64,000 nt of DNA from Blepharisma stoltei ATCC 30299 (lineage: Eukaryota; Protista; Ciliophora). The position numbers and the translations under genes are program-made. The DNA lies in NCBI GenBank assembly GCA_965603825.1, contig CBFDEM010000035.1, forward strand, positions 186,001 through 250,000. Reading direction: 5' to 3'. Shown piece after piece: positions 22,120 through 34,299 of the stretch. Every line of letters starts with the position of its first letter. Position 1 is the first letter of the stretch. The notes beneath the pieces were generated by a model. The model saw only the letters and a program-made list of their open reading frames with translations. It searched no databases and had not been told where the DNA came from.

Positions 22120-23871
22120 TTATAAATCTCTATCATGTAGAGATTGCCTATACTCTCCAGTTCCAGCATTAGGATGGAGCATGCTTGTCAAAACCTCCTT
22201 TGTGTATTTCAGCCTCTTTGTCATTTCCATATTCCTGCTCTCCATCGCCGAATGCAATGGATACGTATTTCTTTCTCCTTTCTTGCTGACATAAGTTACG
22301 AATTTACTTTCACTGCACAATAAAAGCTCAGTTTTATCTTGAAAGCTTACTTGCACAATTTTATTACTTAACCTGAAAATAATAGCATGAGGGGTCGAAA
22401 GCCATTTTTTTACATAAGTTAGCCCTTTATGAGGTTCATTTGTTTTTGTTTCTTCGTCACACAAGTGTTTTCTGAAGTGCTGCAAAAGTGTCATTTTTTT
22501 TTGAAGTTCTGGGGGGAATTCTTTAAATGTGTAAGTCATGATTTCTTCTTCTCTTGAAGAGCCTGGCCTATGTATGTATTGAAATATTGTGCCAGCTGGG
22601 TCACTTACAATCTTTGTTGAATCATTAAAATAAACACCACAGCAAAAATTTGATAGCAAATATCCAAGCCCATATTTGCTTGAATAGTCAATTCATTTTT
22701 TTACTCATATCTGTGGCCCTTCTGCATCTTCTGTAGGGTTATATGACGAAATTGAAGGCACTTTTTTGATGTTATTATCAGCTTTTTCCACTCTTTCGCT
22801 GGACGCAGGCCGTGAAGAAAGTCGAGGATCTGGCTTTGAGTCTTTTCCACTTCCAATATAAGGCTGCGAGCTAGATCTGGATTTCATAGTTAATTGCAAG
22901 CTGTCCCTGCCACGGTTACTCATATCAAATTGTCTTAAATATGACGAAGAAGGAGGAACGGCTAATGTACTCGCAGGCAGCAGCTTTGGGATCGCATTTT
23001 TTGAGAAAAAATCATGCTTTAATATTTCATCTAAATTAGGACGATCAGCTGGGTTTGAAACTAAAATGGATGAAATTAAATCTTTTGCTTCGTCAGAAAC
23101 TGGGATATTTTCTGGAAAAGAATAAGCATTCATCTTGATTCTTCTATAAGTAGTTTTCACATCAGAAGTCTCAAAAGGAGGTTTGCCTACTAATAAAGTA
23201 TATCCTAATACCCCAGTGCTCCATATGTCTACTTCATAAGAATGGCCTATTTTTCCATCCAATACTTCAGGGGCTATATAATTTGGAGTCCCACAAATTG
23301 TTCTTTTTTTCTCTCCGTCAAACTCCAATTTTGTTGCCAAGCCAAAGTCGCCGATTTTTAATTGCATTTTGTCATTTAAAAATAAGTTGCCAAGCTTAAT
23401 GTCTCTGTGGATTATACGGTGAGAATGCAAATATTTTAGACCTTCAATACATTGTAGCAAATAGCATTGGGCTTCGATTTCAGTTAATCTTTTCCGTCGT
23501 CTAAGGAGTTCATTTAGTGTTTGATTAGAACAAAGCTCAAGTAAAATATACACGTTTTCGCTATCCTCAAAAAAATGTTCAAAACCAACAATGTTTGGGT
23601 GCTTTAATGCTCTGTGTATTTTTATTTCGCTCATTAGTTTTTGACGAGATCTAGCTTTATTTAAGGCGCTTTTGCTGATAATTTTGGCAGCAGTTATTTG
23701 TTTGGCATCTAGGGATAGCAATTCGTAAACTCTTGCAAATCCTCCTTTTCCTAAAAATCTTCCTTTTGAGTAGGATTTTATTTCAATTTCTCCGTTTATT
23801 TTGACGATTTTCTCTTCGACGATTTGGGATTCCTGGCTGTCTTGTGAAGGTCTCCGAGTATGAGAGCTCAT
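22120..23871 (-). CDS. PLK1: Polo-like kinase
   Basis: GKGGFA, TICGTPNYIAPE; polo box 1 I-W-VKK-W-IDYSSKYGLGY with both Trp as TGA (22705, 22693); polo box 2 present. Confidence 0.93.
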
Positions 23872-24122
23872 AATTTTTTATTAATTTTTTTTAATGTTGT
23901 AAATTCTCTTATAAGATATTGTTTTGTTATAATATAATTAGCTTAAAAGCAATGACACGAATTATAATCGATTTATAATTATTTAATATTACTATTTGGC
24001 TAAAGACTTTCATGTTTGATATAAAATACTTGATCATTCAATAATTAAATTTAAGTAAATACTTTTAATCAAAACTTATTTTATTATTTTTAAATAATAT
24101 CAACTGTTTCTTCATAAACTTA

Positions 24123-24998
24123 TTAATATTTTTGCCTTCTTCCACTCAAAATTAGCCTCAATTGTCTCGGATCTTTAGTAAATTGGTCTGTTTTCTGAAA
24201 AACCGTCCCTGATGTGGTCCTAAAATGACTTGGCACTGAGTCAGACCTCTGATACTGCGCTGGGAGCACTTTAACTATTGCATTTAAGTCAATTTTTGAA
24301 TAGCCCCTCATAGTGTCCCTATAAGTGGTCGAATCATTCAGCTTATCTTTTGGCGCTATTTGTATAGTAGATATAGAAGCTTTGGTTAAATCAGTCTTGT
24401 AAAGATCCACTGTTTCTTTACTAAATTGGTGAAATGTAGTTCTATACGAAGACTCTCCTTTAAATGGTATTTCTGTTGAATACACAGGTGGTTGATATCT
24501 TTTTTCAATACTTGGAATATTAGGTCCCCAATTAGGGTAATCACTTATATACGCTGTTCTGCTTCTAAATTCCAAACTTTTTGATGCCAACGGAATATCA
24601 TTGGAATGTTTTGGGGATATTTTAAATGGCTTGTACTCAATTTTATTAGTAGTCTGCGATTCAAGCTTGTAGGGATTAGGCGTGTATAGCTTTTGCTGCT
24701 GCCTAAGAGGGATATCGAAATTTGAAGGCTGGTAGTCATAGTTGTATTTCGTTCGAAATGTAGCTTTTATTGAGTTGTCTGATCTTGCTGAGGGGCATAA
24801 ATGCTCTCCACACTCACAATACTTGCAGAGACACAAACCAACTTTGTGGTCATTTTCAGAAATTATTCCAATTGATGGATCTGAAAGAGGACATAACCGT
24901 GAGGAGGTGCAGGACCTTCTGCTCTTGGATGATTTGGCAGGAGTTGCTGATTTGCAACGTTCAGGTCTATGAAAGTTGTGAGATGTTTTTGGTCTCAT
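24123..24998 (-). CDS. SAXO/STOP-like microtubule-stabilising protein
   Basis: CLCKYCECGEHLCP motif plus repeated T-x-Y-x-x-D/E-Y/F units. Confidence 0.65.
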   Translation of the reverse strand: MRPKTSHNFHRPERCKSATPAKSSKSRRSCTSSRLCPLSDPSIGIISENDHKVGLCLCKYCECGEHLCPSARSDNSIKATFRTKYNYDYQPSNFDIPLRQQQKLYTPNPYKLESQTTNKIEYKPFKISPKHSNDIPLASKSLEFRSRTAYISDYPNWGPNIPSIEKRYQPPVYSTEIPFKGESSYRTTFHQFSKETVDLYKTDLTKASISTIQIAPKDKLNDSTTYRDTMRGYSKIDLNAIVKVLPAQYQRSDSVPSHFRTTSGTVFQKTDQFTKDPRQLRLILSGRRQKY

Positions 24999-25483
24999 AT
25001 AGATATTATTTATTTACAGTTAATCTATTTTTTTTATATTTTGCATTTTCGTTTAGATATGAGCCAAATATAAATGAATTTAATAACAAAATTTTGGAAT
25101 TTGTTCTATTTAGCTTGCATTTGGTAATAAATTTCGAATTTTTATTTATTAGTTTTTTCAACTTATAAAATCAAGATAATGACCCTTAATAAGCGTTTAT
25201 TATGATAATAACTAATTTAAATTTAATTATTGATACTTTTTATCAAAAATATCATAAATGAATTTAGAAATACTTTTTTAAGAACATTGTAGGAATATAT
25301 AAACTTTTAGCTCTGCAAAGGAATTTATATATTAATTGTAATGCAGGCTAATGATTTATATATACTTCAAAGATTATTTATTAGCAAGACTCAGAAATAA
25401 ATAGTTATATCATAGTTTAGCTTTTCCAATTGTAGTTAGCTTTATAACTTAATAAGTGAAATTGGGTTTTTTAAGAGTTAATA

Positions 25484-25711
25484 TTAATGATTATGATGGT
25501 GACTCTTCAGATGGTCAATCTCATCGTCTTTTTCCTTTAGAACTTTTTCTAATTTCTCAATCATTTCTTGCATATCCTTAAGTTGCTTTTGGAGAGCTTT
25601 TGTCCCTGATGTCCCACCGCTTGAATTTGCTTTTAAGTTGCTAATCTCGTTTTTAAGCTTTTTATTGTCTTCTTCCAATGAAGCAATCCTCGCTGATTCG
25701 CTGCAACCCAT
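25484..25711 (-). CDS. Small coiled-coil protein with MGC acylation motif
   Basis: 75 aa, MGCSES start, heptads, A-rich ATG context, TAA end. Confidence 0.6.
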   Translation of the reverse strand: MGCSESARIASLEEDNKKLKNEISNLKANSSGGTSGTKALQKQLKDMQEMIEKLEKVLKEKDDEIDHLKSHHHNH

Positions 25712-26209
25712 TTATTTTTATATTGAAAAACAATAATCTAGCCATTGAGATATCTTTGAAAATATATTTTATTGGTAACCTAAAATGCTTTAAAGCTTGG
25801 TGCTCAAAGAATAAGCCATGAAGACTAAGAAATAATTAATTTCTTAATTGAATATTGATATTGTTAATACTGACTCTATTAATAACTTCATTATAATTAA
25901 AAATTCAATAAAAGATTATTTAAACTATTGATAACTAGTTGAAGATCTCCGAAAAATTGAGGAGATATAGTTTTTTAAGATTTTAAAGTCTATTTTTAAG
26001 CAGCTAGAAACCGAAAACTCTTTAGCAAGCAATAGCTATTTCAAATTTTGACTTTTTTCTGTCGCTTTTAGCAATATTTGCTATTATTATATGGCTTCAT
26101 ATTGCAATGGGGTTTTAAATAAGCTTGTTTTATTTAAAAATAAAAAAATAACTCTTTAGGCGAAGTTCATTTCAAAATTTAGAAAAATGGAAATTTAGAA
26201 ATAAGTATA

Positions 26210-27700
26210 ATGGGATGCACATGTTCGATCGGATCTAAATTTAGAAGAGTCAAAAGTTTAAATTCTAACGGGACACTTGAAGAGAAAAAAATCCATAGCG
26301 TCGGAGAAATCGTTGTCCAAGCCAGCAATTTCGTCCGAGAAAACGAAAATAAGTTTCAAGATGTCTACAGACTTGGACAAGCTCTAGGCACAGGAGGCTC
26401 AGGAGAAGTCAAAATTTGTTTTCATAGAGAAACCAACATAAAAAGAGCTGTTAAAATATTCCGAAAAGATCTCATTACAAATGAAGCTGCAAAAGTAAAC
26501 CTTGAAAAGGAAATAAATATTCTCAAAACATTAGACCATCCCAACATTGTTAGGATTTATGAATATTTTGAAGACTCAAAACGTCTTTACATCATCATGG
26601 AGTTCTGCAAAGGGGGAGAATTATTTGACGAAATCATTAAAAGGCAGACTTTTTCTGAAAATCACGCAGCACAGATTATGTATCAATTGCTTTCTGCAGT
26701 CGCGTATTTGCATAATCTCAATATAATTCATAGAGATTTAAAGCCAGAAAATATTCTGCTTGAGGAAAGGAATGATAGTTTGAATATAAAACTAATAGAT
26801 TTTGGAACTGCTACTTATATGACTCCTTCACGGCCTACAGTAGGAGCTTCAGGTACAGCTTATTATATAGCCCCAGAAGTTCTTGCAGGGAGATATACTG
26901 AAAAATGTGACCTCTGGAGTTGTGGGATCATCATGTACATTCTTTTAAGCGGATTTCCTCCATTTGATGGAAAAACTGAAGACGAAATTATGAGCAAGGT
27001 TTCCAGTGGAAAAGTCAATTTTTCAGTCAACCCATGGCCAAATATTTCAGCAGAAGCCAAAGAACTCCTTACTTCTCTACTATGTCCTGAAGAAACCAGA
27101 ATTTCAGCATCTGATGCTTTGCAGCATTTATGGATAACCACAAGGATAAACCGTACCATCACAAATAAAGAAATGCTAAACGAAGTCTTAACCAACCTCA
27201 GGAATTTCCATACATCCAATAAACTCAGAGACGCAGTTCATACTTTTATTGCCACACAATGCATGACTCAGCAGGACACAAAAGATTTAAAAGAAATTTT
27301 CCTACTGATTGACAAAAATGGTGATGGAAAAATCAGTAAAGAAGATTTAATAGAACAATATACAAGTATTTTAGGCGCAGAAGAAGCTGCAAGCGAGGTA
27401 GCAAAAATTATGAAGGAAGTTGATACAGACAAAAATGGGTTTGTTGATTATACTGAGTTTTTAAAGGCATCACTTAATGTAGAAAAAGTGCTGTCTGCTG
27501 GGAATTTAAAAACAGCGTTCAGGGTGTTTGATAGAGATGGAAGCGGGACTATATCAGCTTCAGAGCTGAGGAAAATCCTGGAAGGAGGAATTCCAAGTGA
27601 CGAGAGGGTTTGGAATGAAATTATAAGCCAAGTAGACCAAAATGGAGACGGAGAAATTGATCTGCAAGAGTTTCAGGACATTATTTTGGCAAAATTTTAA
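26210..27700 (+). CDS. Calcium-dependent protein kinase (CDPK)
   Basis: MGC N-terminus, HRDLKPEN/DFG/APE, four EF hands. Confidence 0.93.
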   Translation: MGCTCSIGSKFRRVKSLNSNGTLEEKKIHSVGEIVVQASNFVRENENKFQDVYRLGQALGTGGSGEVKICFHRETNIKRAVKIFRKDLITNEAAKVNLEKEINILKTLDHPNIVRIYEYFEDSKRLYIIMEFCKGGELFDEIIKRQTFSENHAAQIMYQLLSAVAYLHNLNIIHRDLKPENILLEERNDSLNIKLIDFGTATYMTPSRPTVGASGTAYYIAPEVLAGRYTEKCDLWSCGIIMYILLSGFPPFDGKTEDEIMSKVSSGKVNFSVNPWPNISAEAKELLTSLLCPEETRISASDALQHLWITTRINRTITNKEMLNEVLTNLRNFHTSNKLRDAVHTFIATQCMTQQDTKDLKEIFLLIDKNGDGKISKEDLIEQYTSILGAEEAASEVAKIMKEVDTDKNGFVDYTEFLKASLNVEKVLSAGNLKTAFRVFDRDGSGTISASELRKILEGGIPSDERVWNEIISQVDQNGDGEIDLQEFQDIILAKF

Positions 27701-27749
27701 TGATATTTAAAAATTTATATTTTTTAACTATAATTAGAAAGAGCGGTAA

Positions 27750-30700
27750 ATGTCTGACTTTGAAAATATCATTGGTTCAATTCTAAGCAAAAACAAACAA
27801 TCTCGAAAAATTGGGGAAACTTCGCTTCAGAATATGCTGAAACTCAATGCAGAGCAAGTGTGTTACAATCTAATTGCAGCAATGTCTTCTGAAAATGAAG
27901 ACATTTCTGGGCTCGCCGCCATCTTGTTCAGAAAGAAAGTGATTGAAGAAGACCACGTCAAATTAATCCCTGAGTCCAGCTACCCACATCTTAAAAACTC
28001 CTTATTCGCTTTAGTTTCCCCTCAAAAGTCCCTTCTTTTCCTCAAAAGACTTGCAGACGTCCTTGTGAACTTTGCAATTTTGCACAACTGGGCTAACGAA
28101 CTTATGACTTATATGGCTGAATGAAGCGTTTTTGATAGTGCGAGCATAAAGCAGTTTTCAATGTACTTATTCGAGCTTGCGACAGAATATACAGGAACAA
28201 TGGAAGTTTTAAAAGAAAATGCCGCGTCAGTCATTGGGATCATGTGGAACGTTTTACAAGATAACAACTTAGACGTCAAGCTTTCTGCTGTCAAGTCTAT
28301 CGTCACTTTTATGATGGGACTAGGCGATGAAGTTACTGTGATGGGCTATGCACAAGGAATGGACCACATTTTGAATATCATCATAAAGGCTGTTGAAGAT
28401 GGAAACTGGAACCCTGAAATGTTTAAGCAAGTCTTGCACAGCTTTGCAGAACTGACTGAGCTTTATCCGAGAATATGGAAAGATATCATTGAAAAGCTCA
28501 CATTGACGATGTCAGGGATAGGGAAAAATAATCAGTATACACAAGATGTAAGAGCAGCTGCTGTTGAAACTTTGGTGACTTTGATTAAAAAAGCTCCAGG
28601 GATTTTGAGAAAAAATGTATTTTTTATACAAGAAACACTTGCATTGAGCTTTTGTTTGATAACAGAAGTAGACTATCCTTATGATATTGAAGGGTGAAAT
28701 CAAGAAGGCAGCGATACTTTGGTTATTCAAAATGACCCGATTAGCTCTGGAAAAGACTTGCTGGGCAATTTGGCAGCGACTTTGCAAGATGCTATTTTTC
28801 CTCACGTTATGAAGCTTATCCCTGCACAACTTCAAGCAGCTCACTGGGCAAATCAGCACAGCGGGATATTAGCAATAGGTCTTATATCAGACGGCTGCCA
28901 TGATTTAATAACAACGATTTTCCCACATGTAATTGCCACTGTTTTGCCTTTTGCAAATTCAGACTCTCCTCGACTTAAATGGGCGACAATGACAACAATA
29001 GGTTTGCTCTGTTCTGAGTTTGAGCCTGAAATGGAAAATATTTATCATGCTCAAATAATCCCAGCAATTTGTTCATGCTTATCACAAAGCAATTTATCAA
29101 AAGTCCAATCTCAAGCTGCCTCATGCTTGATTAACTACTCAAGAGGGCTTCTTGTTGAAAATGGAAACCCAGATATTGCTTTGACTCCATATCTCCCAAC
29201 AATAATTGAAGCATTCTTAAGAATTCTGTCTAATCCAAACAACCCATTTTCACTGTTACAAGAAGTACTGAACTCAATCGCCATGATTGCGACAGCGACT
29301 GGTGCTGGGTTTGCTCCTTTTTATAATCAGCTTATTTTTGGGTTGCGAAACTATGTAAATATGCCAGTCACAACAGCCACTGTAAAAGATATCAGAGCTG
29401 CCAGTATACGGTGCATTGGATGTATCGTAGAAAGCCTAAGCGAAGCTGGGGATGCATTTAAACAAGAAGCTGAGTCTATATTGAATGATTTTATGAGGAT
29501 AAGAAATTCAATAGACGACACAGATCCTGCATATCAAGCAATTTCTGAAGTTTTGTCTCATTTTGCCTTATGCTTAAAAGATAGATTTGCACCTTATTTA
29601 AACATAATTATTCCACATGTATATTTACAAGCAGAACAGAATGTGGATTTCAAGCTAACTGATGCAGAAAGTGCTGATGCCTTAAATATAGACAATGGAA
29701 TGAACGCACTACAGTTTGAATTAAAAGGACTAGGGAAAAAACAGCTTGCAATTAGTACAACAGCCCTGGAAAATAAAATAAAGGCATGCAAAATTTTATA
29801 TGACTTAGTCGAGTCTTTAGAAACATCATTTGAGCCGTATGCAGAACAGACCTTTAGGGTGCTCGCCCCACTGATTTCTTATCCATATAACTCAGATATC
29901 AGGAAATTTGCATTAAAAACAATCCAGCACATTCCTGCATGCTGTTCTAATAAGCAGCATATAGAAACTCTTTTAATTCAGTTGACTCCAATTATTATTC
30001 AAGCCCTCACAAATTCATGTGGGAAGTCACCTAAAGATGCTTATAAACAAATAAAAGCTTTGGTTGAGTACATAAACGCCGTCCCAAGCGCTGCTGTAAT
30101 TGGGCTAGGAGCTGCCCATGAGCTTAGCAGTATACTGGCAAACAGTGTCAGAGAAGTATTTAACAGGAAAATAGAAAGGGGAAGAGAAAAAGAAAAGCTA
30201 GCAGATATGGAACTTTACGAGGAAGAAATCACTGAAATAGAAGACGATGAAAACGCTGATGACTCTGTGCTGCAAAAAGTAATGGAAATTGTGGGGAAAA
30301 TGCTGAAATCTTTTAAAACGCAATTCCAGCCGATTTTCTTAGAATATTTTAAGAACCTTTATGGAGAACTTTTATATAAGCCAAATGCTACAGAAAATGA
30401 AATTTTGTATGCGATTTGTGTGTTCTGCGACTATGTAGAGTTCACTGGGGATTTAATTGCCATTGATGGGAATTCGCCAGTTCTTGAGCAATTAATTAAA
30501 AATTGCTATCAAGTTAACGTTGATATAAGGCAAACATCAGCATATGGGCTAGGACTTGCTGCTCAATTTGGGGACCGTGCAATATTCAGAAGATATCTCC
30601 AAGAAACTCTTAAAGCTCTGAACTATATTATTAGTCTTCCAGACTGCAAATCAGAGCAGCTTTTTGTGTCAACTGAGTGCGCAGTTGGTGCATTAGGAAA

Positions 30701-30932
30701 AATCGCGATATTCCATCAGCCTGAATTAATTCCAGCGTGGCTTAATTGGTTGCCACTTAAATCAGACCCTGAAGAAGCCCAAGTAAGCCACAGTCTCTTT
30801 TTGTCAAATATTAATCAAATGAGTTCTTATAGTTCAAAAGTCAATGAAATTCTAGGAGAGCTTAAAAAGGTATCTCCAGAATTTTTAAATGAAGAAAGCC
30901 AAAGCTTCTTAAAGCAAATTATACAGAATTAA
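27750..30932 (+). CDS. IPO5: Importin beta-3/importin-5-like karyopherin
   Basis: Three same-frame track ORFs joined by TGAs 28122 and 28695; HEAT repeats, ISTTALENKIKAC, WLNWLPL..DPEEA. Confidence 0.8.
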
Positions 30933-30960
30933 ATAATTAACAGGTAATAATAAATTTTTT

Positions 30961-31309
30961 ATGGCTGCCACTGAAGATTGTGCGGAAAGTATAGATCCAA
31001 TTAACCACGCGGCACTCACAAAAGGTATGAATTTGGGATTTTATTTTGGAATTTTCTTTGTGAAACAAGATATTATGAAATATATGCAGGATCTAGTAGT
31101 TATGCTTGAAAATAAAGCAATGCAGTGTTTGTAAATATGCTGCGCACGGGCGGAACTCTAGGAACTTTAATCCTTTTGCTTCATCTATGGAAAGAACTAA
31201 GGGAGTTAAGGATGGATTGAATTATGGAATAGGGCATGAGTTACTCTATGAATATGATCTAAAGCATGGCGGATTCCTCGCCATCGCTTATTCTATAATC
31301 TATAATTAA
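30961..31309 (+). pseudogene. Possible frameshifted remnant of a Tim17/Tim22/Tim23-family gene
   Basis: Coding-like composition; fragments GMNLGFYFGIFF, RTGGTLGT and SMERTKGVKDGLNYGIG lie in different frames; I found no consensus tiny intron that joins them. Confidence 0.3.
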
Positions 31310-31573
31310 AAGAGCTAAATACTGCTATTTAATTTATAGGTTAAATTTCATTATATAAATTCAGTAAAATTCAAACACTGCTTTCTATCAAATTAGGTAA
31401 ATCCATTGTTTTTTATTCAATTTGCAGGAATTTCCGGAAATATGCTAAAAAATCAATCTTAAAATGACTAATGTGAAATTTATAATTTTAATTTTTGAAT
31501 TTTTACATCTTTCAATCAAAAGGTCTTTTATGCATTTGTTAAATTCTGCGAAAAATAAAAACTCTTACTCTAT

Positions 31574-31909
31574 TTATTCCTCAGCGCCTTTACCAGACAA
31601 ATACTCATATAAAGCTGTGTATCCGAAAAGTTTCGCATAAAACTTCCCAGTCTTATCAAAATTATTCCTTCAATTTATATTAGCCCCATATCTCAAGCAA
31701 AGCTTAGCAATACTTTTATGGTTATTTTGGCATGCAATAATAAACAGCGTATTTCCATTTCTATCAAGTGAATCCGGATCGATTCCACCTTTAAACAAAT
31801 CTTCAAGTTCTTTTCTTTTTCCATGTCGAGCTAAGCTAAATACGTTCTGGTTAATTATTTTTTCTCCTGCTATTTCTCATTCTGTTAGTGCAATAGTTCT
31901 TCCTTCCAT
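31574..31909 (-). CDS. Small ankyrin repeat protein (111 aa)
   Basis: Absent from the track because of TGAs at 31877 and 31670. VFSLARHG...DRNGNTLFIIACQNNHKSIAKLCLRYGANIN; ends TAA. Confidence 0.85.
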
Positions 31910-31977
31910 AATTAGCCTATTTATATTAATTTTTAATAATTAATTCAATTCATAATAAGTTAATTGGATTATTTAAA

Positions 31978-33191
31978 CTATTGAATTGATAGTCGGGAAA
32001 CTCTCAAAGTGTCTCTAAGCTTATTGATTTTGAAAAGCGAAATATTCAGCCTATCAACATAGCGGAATAGTTTCGAAGCATCGTCAAAATAGCCAGCAGT
32101 GTTAAGAATTATGCTAATTATCCCATTCATATCTCCCTGCAGCTCTTTTTCTAAAGATATCAAGATTCCTATCCCCACTTTAAAAATATAAGCATCCCCT
32201 TCAAATAAATAAGAGTCTCATACCCGACTATCTAAATAGCAGCTTACCTAACAATTTCTACTGAAAAGCAACGTGAAAATAAAGTGTAAACTCATTCTAA
32301 TAAATACAAATCAGGGGTAATCCCAATTTCATCAAAATGATCATAAACAGTAGGGACGTATTTCTTCATATAATGCTCAAAAACTCGATAATAGCTTTGC
32401 ATCCCTGGTAGATCAAATGAATAAAAAGTCCTTAAGATTTCAGATTTAAAAATAATATTTGCGAGGCACTCAAATGATTTATAATCATCTAGATAAATAA
32501 CCAAAATTGAAGCCAGATAAGCCATCCCCTGCACGTACCCAGTATCAGGCCTATACGCTATAAAAGCTTCTAAAATTTCTTGAAGGGTCTGAAATAAGGG
32601 CTTTTCTCTTTGAGCGCTTTGAAAAGAGCTCAAATTTCTTCTGATATCTGCAGGAATATTCAAAGTGCTTTCGTCTCTTTCTTGCTGTGCGAATTTCGAC
32701 TGCAAAATGCCATATAATTGTGGAGTTATGTAAAGGTTATTTCCGATCACTTTTCCCCAGACTTCTCCTCTTAGCTTGCTCGGTATCCCTTTCTTGCTGA
32801 GTAGCTTTATTCTTTTATTTTTCTTCACTTTTTCTCAATTTGCAAGAATATTTGTCCATGTTTTAATTTTGTCCTCATCCGTTCTTATTTCTGAGTTGAT
32901 ATTTAGAGATCTTAGATCCTCTTCTTCTGGGTCTGTGGTCTCTGTTGAGTTTTTCTTTATAATTTCAAGCTTTTCTTCGAATTGAGTTCGAAGTGTATTT
33001 TTTTCCTCAATTAGTTTGGCAATTGTCTGGAGCAATGATTCATTTTCAGTTTGAATTTCTTCGATTTCGGAGCTGTTAGCAGTTAGCTTTTCAGTTATTT
33101 CTTTCAGCTGTTTTGATTTTGCAAGGCTTTTATCTTCGCTTTCAGCGATTTTCATTTTGGTCTGTATGAGCTCTTCAATGAAATCATCCAT
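31978..33191 (-). CDS. TBC-domain Rab GAP with N-terminal coiled coil
   Basis: GIPSKLRGEVW, IPADIRR (Arg finger), GYVQGM (Gln finger), E-W-VYTLF, SRV-W-DSYLFEG; TGAs 32835, 32292, 32218; needs an intron of length 2 mod 3 near 32240; ends TAG. Confidence 0.85.
32228..32247 (-). other. Putative 20-nt intron
   Basis: GTAAGCTGCTATTTAGATAG; removal restores EIVSRV-W-D and the downstream frame. Confidence 0.6.
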
Positions 33192-33308
33192 TTTCGAATT
33201 TATTGCACTTTTGTAAATTCCGCAAAAACAACTTAAATTTTCACTGAATCGTAATAATTATTTTTTAGCTTAAAATAAGTAGTTTATCAGCCATTATTAT
33301 AAGTAAAT

Positions 33309-34277
33309 ATGAGCGACTTAGACAACTCCACAACCACCGACATCTCTGAGACAGACAACAATGATGGAGACTTAGGTGAGAAGGCAGCAGTTCTAGTATC
33401 TGGGATTGTGCTCTTTATCTCCACAATGTTAGTTATGTACCAACTCTGGAAATACTATAAACATCTGATATACAAGCCTGCCCAAATTGCTCTCATGATC
33501 TTATTCTTAATGCCAATATTCATTGGCTGGACTGCCCTCGCTGTCATTTCCACAATGGAGAAGCAAAAGACTTTGGAGTTTTGCCTGAACGTCTATAAAT
33601 CAATCGGTCTCATTGCCTTCATGTTCTATATCGACAGAATGATGGGGTGGGTCAAAAACGGTGACGAAAGCACATACTCAAGAAAAGAACGACAAGAATG
33701 CTTGATGAGAGTAGGCAGTGCTAAATGCATTTATGGCTGTATCAAGCCATCTCCATTGACTACTCCTAAAGAGGCTGATTCCTACATGAACAAAACTTAT
33801 GCAGGAGTGTTACAGCTTTCAATAGTTTTACTTTTAATAGGTATTGGAGACCTCATTGTCTATTTCTGGTTCCATGACGTCTGGGTTTATAAAGGTCCAG
33901 CCCATTACTCCTTAGCTTACCTTGCACTTATTGCCAAAGTTGTCAGCTCTTGTTTTGCTCTCAACTATTTGTTTAACTTTTCCCATTTCGCACATCACAT
34001 TCCAGAACTTGAAAGACTAGGGATTACAACTAAGTTTTATATTATAAAGCTTACTATGATGTTCACTGAAATTCAGCCAATTCTTATCTTGTTTTTGGCT
34101 GAGCTCGGAGCCATTTCTAACGATTCTAAGTATAATGCTGAAGAGATAACGACTTATACCAACAGCTTGCTGTTGTGCTCAGAAATGATTGTAGTAGGAT
34201 TTTTGCAGCTTTTAGTTTTCCCTGTCGAAGATTTCGTCCACCACCCAGAAACAAGAAAGCCACTTAAAGAAGTTTAA
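33309..34277 (+). CDS. TMEM184/OST-alpha family multi-pass membrane protein
   Basis: About 7 hydrophobic segments; KFYIIKL..FTEIQ and LLLCSEM match OST-alpha family motifs. Confidence 0.65.
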   Translation: MSDLDNSTTTDISETDNNDGDLGEKAAVLVSGIVLFISTMLVMYQLWKYYKHLIYKPAQIALMILFLMPIFIGWTALAVISTMEKQKTLEFCLNVYKSIGLIAFMFYIDRMMGWVKNGDESTYSRKERQECLMRVGSAKCIYGCIKPSPLTTPKEADSYMNKTYAGVLQLSIVLLLIGIGDLIVYFWFHDVWVYKGPAHYSLAYLALIAKVVSSCFALNYLFNFSHFAHHIPELERLGITTKFYIIKLTMMFTEIQPILILFLAELGAISNDSKYNAEEITTYTNSLLLCSEMIVVGFLQLLVFPVEDFVHHPETRKPLKEV

Positions 34278-34299
34278 TCTAAAATTAGGTTTATCTATA

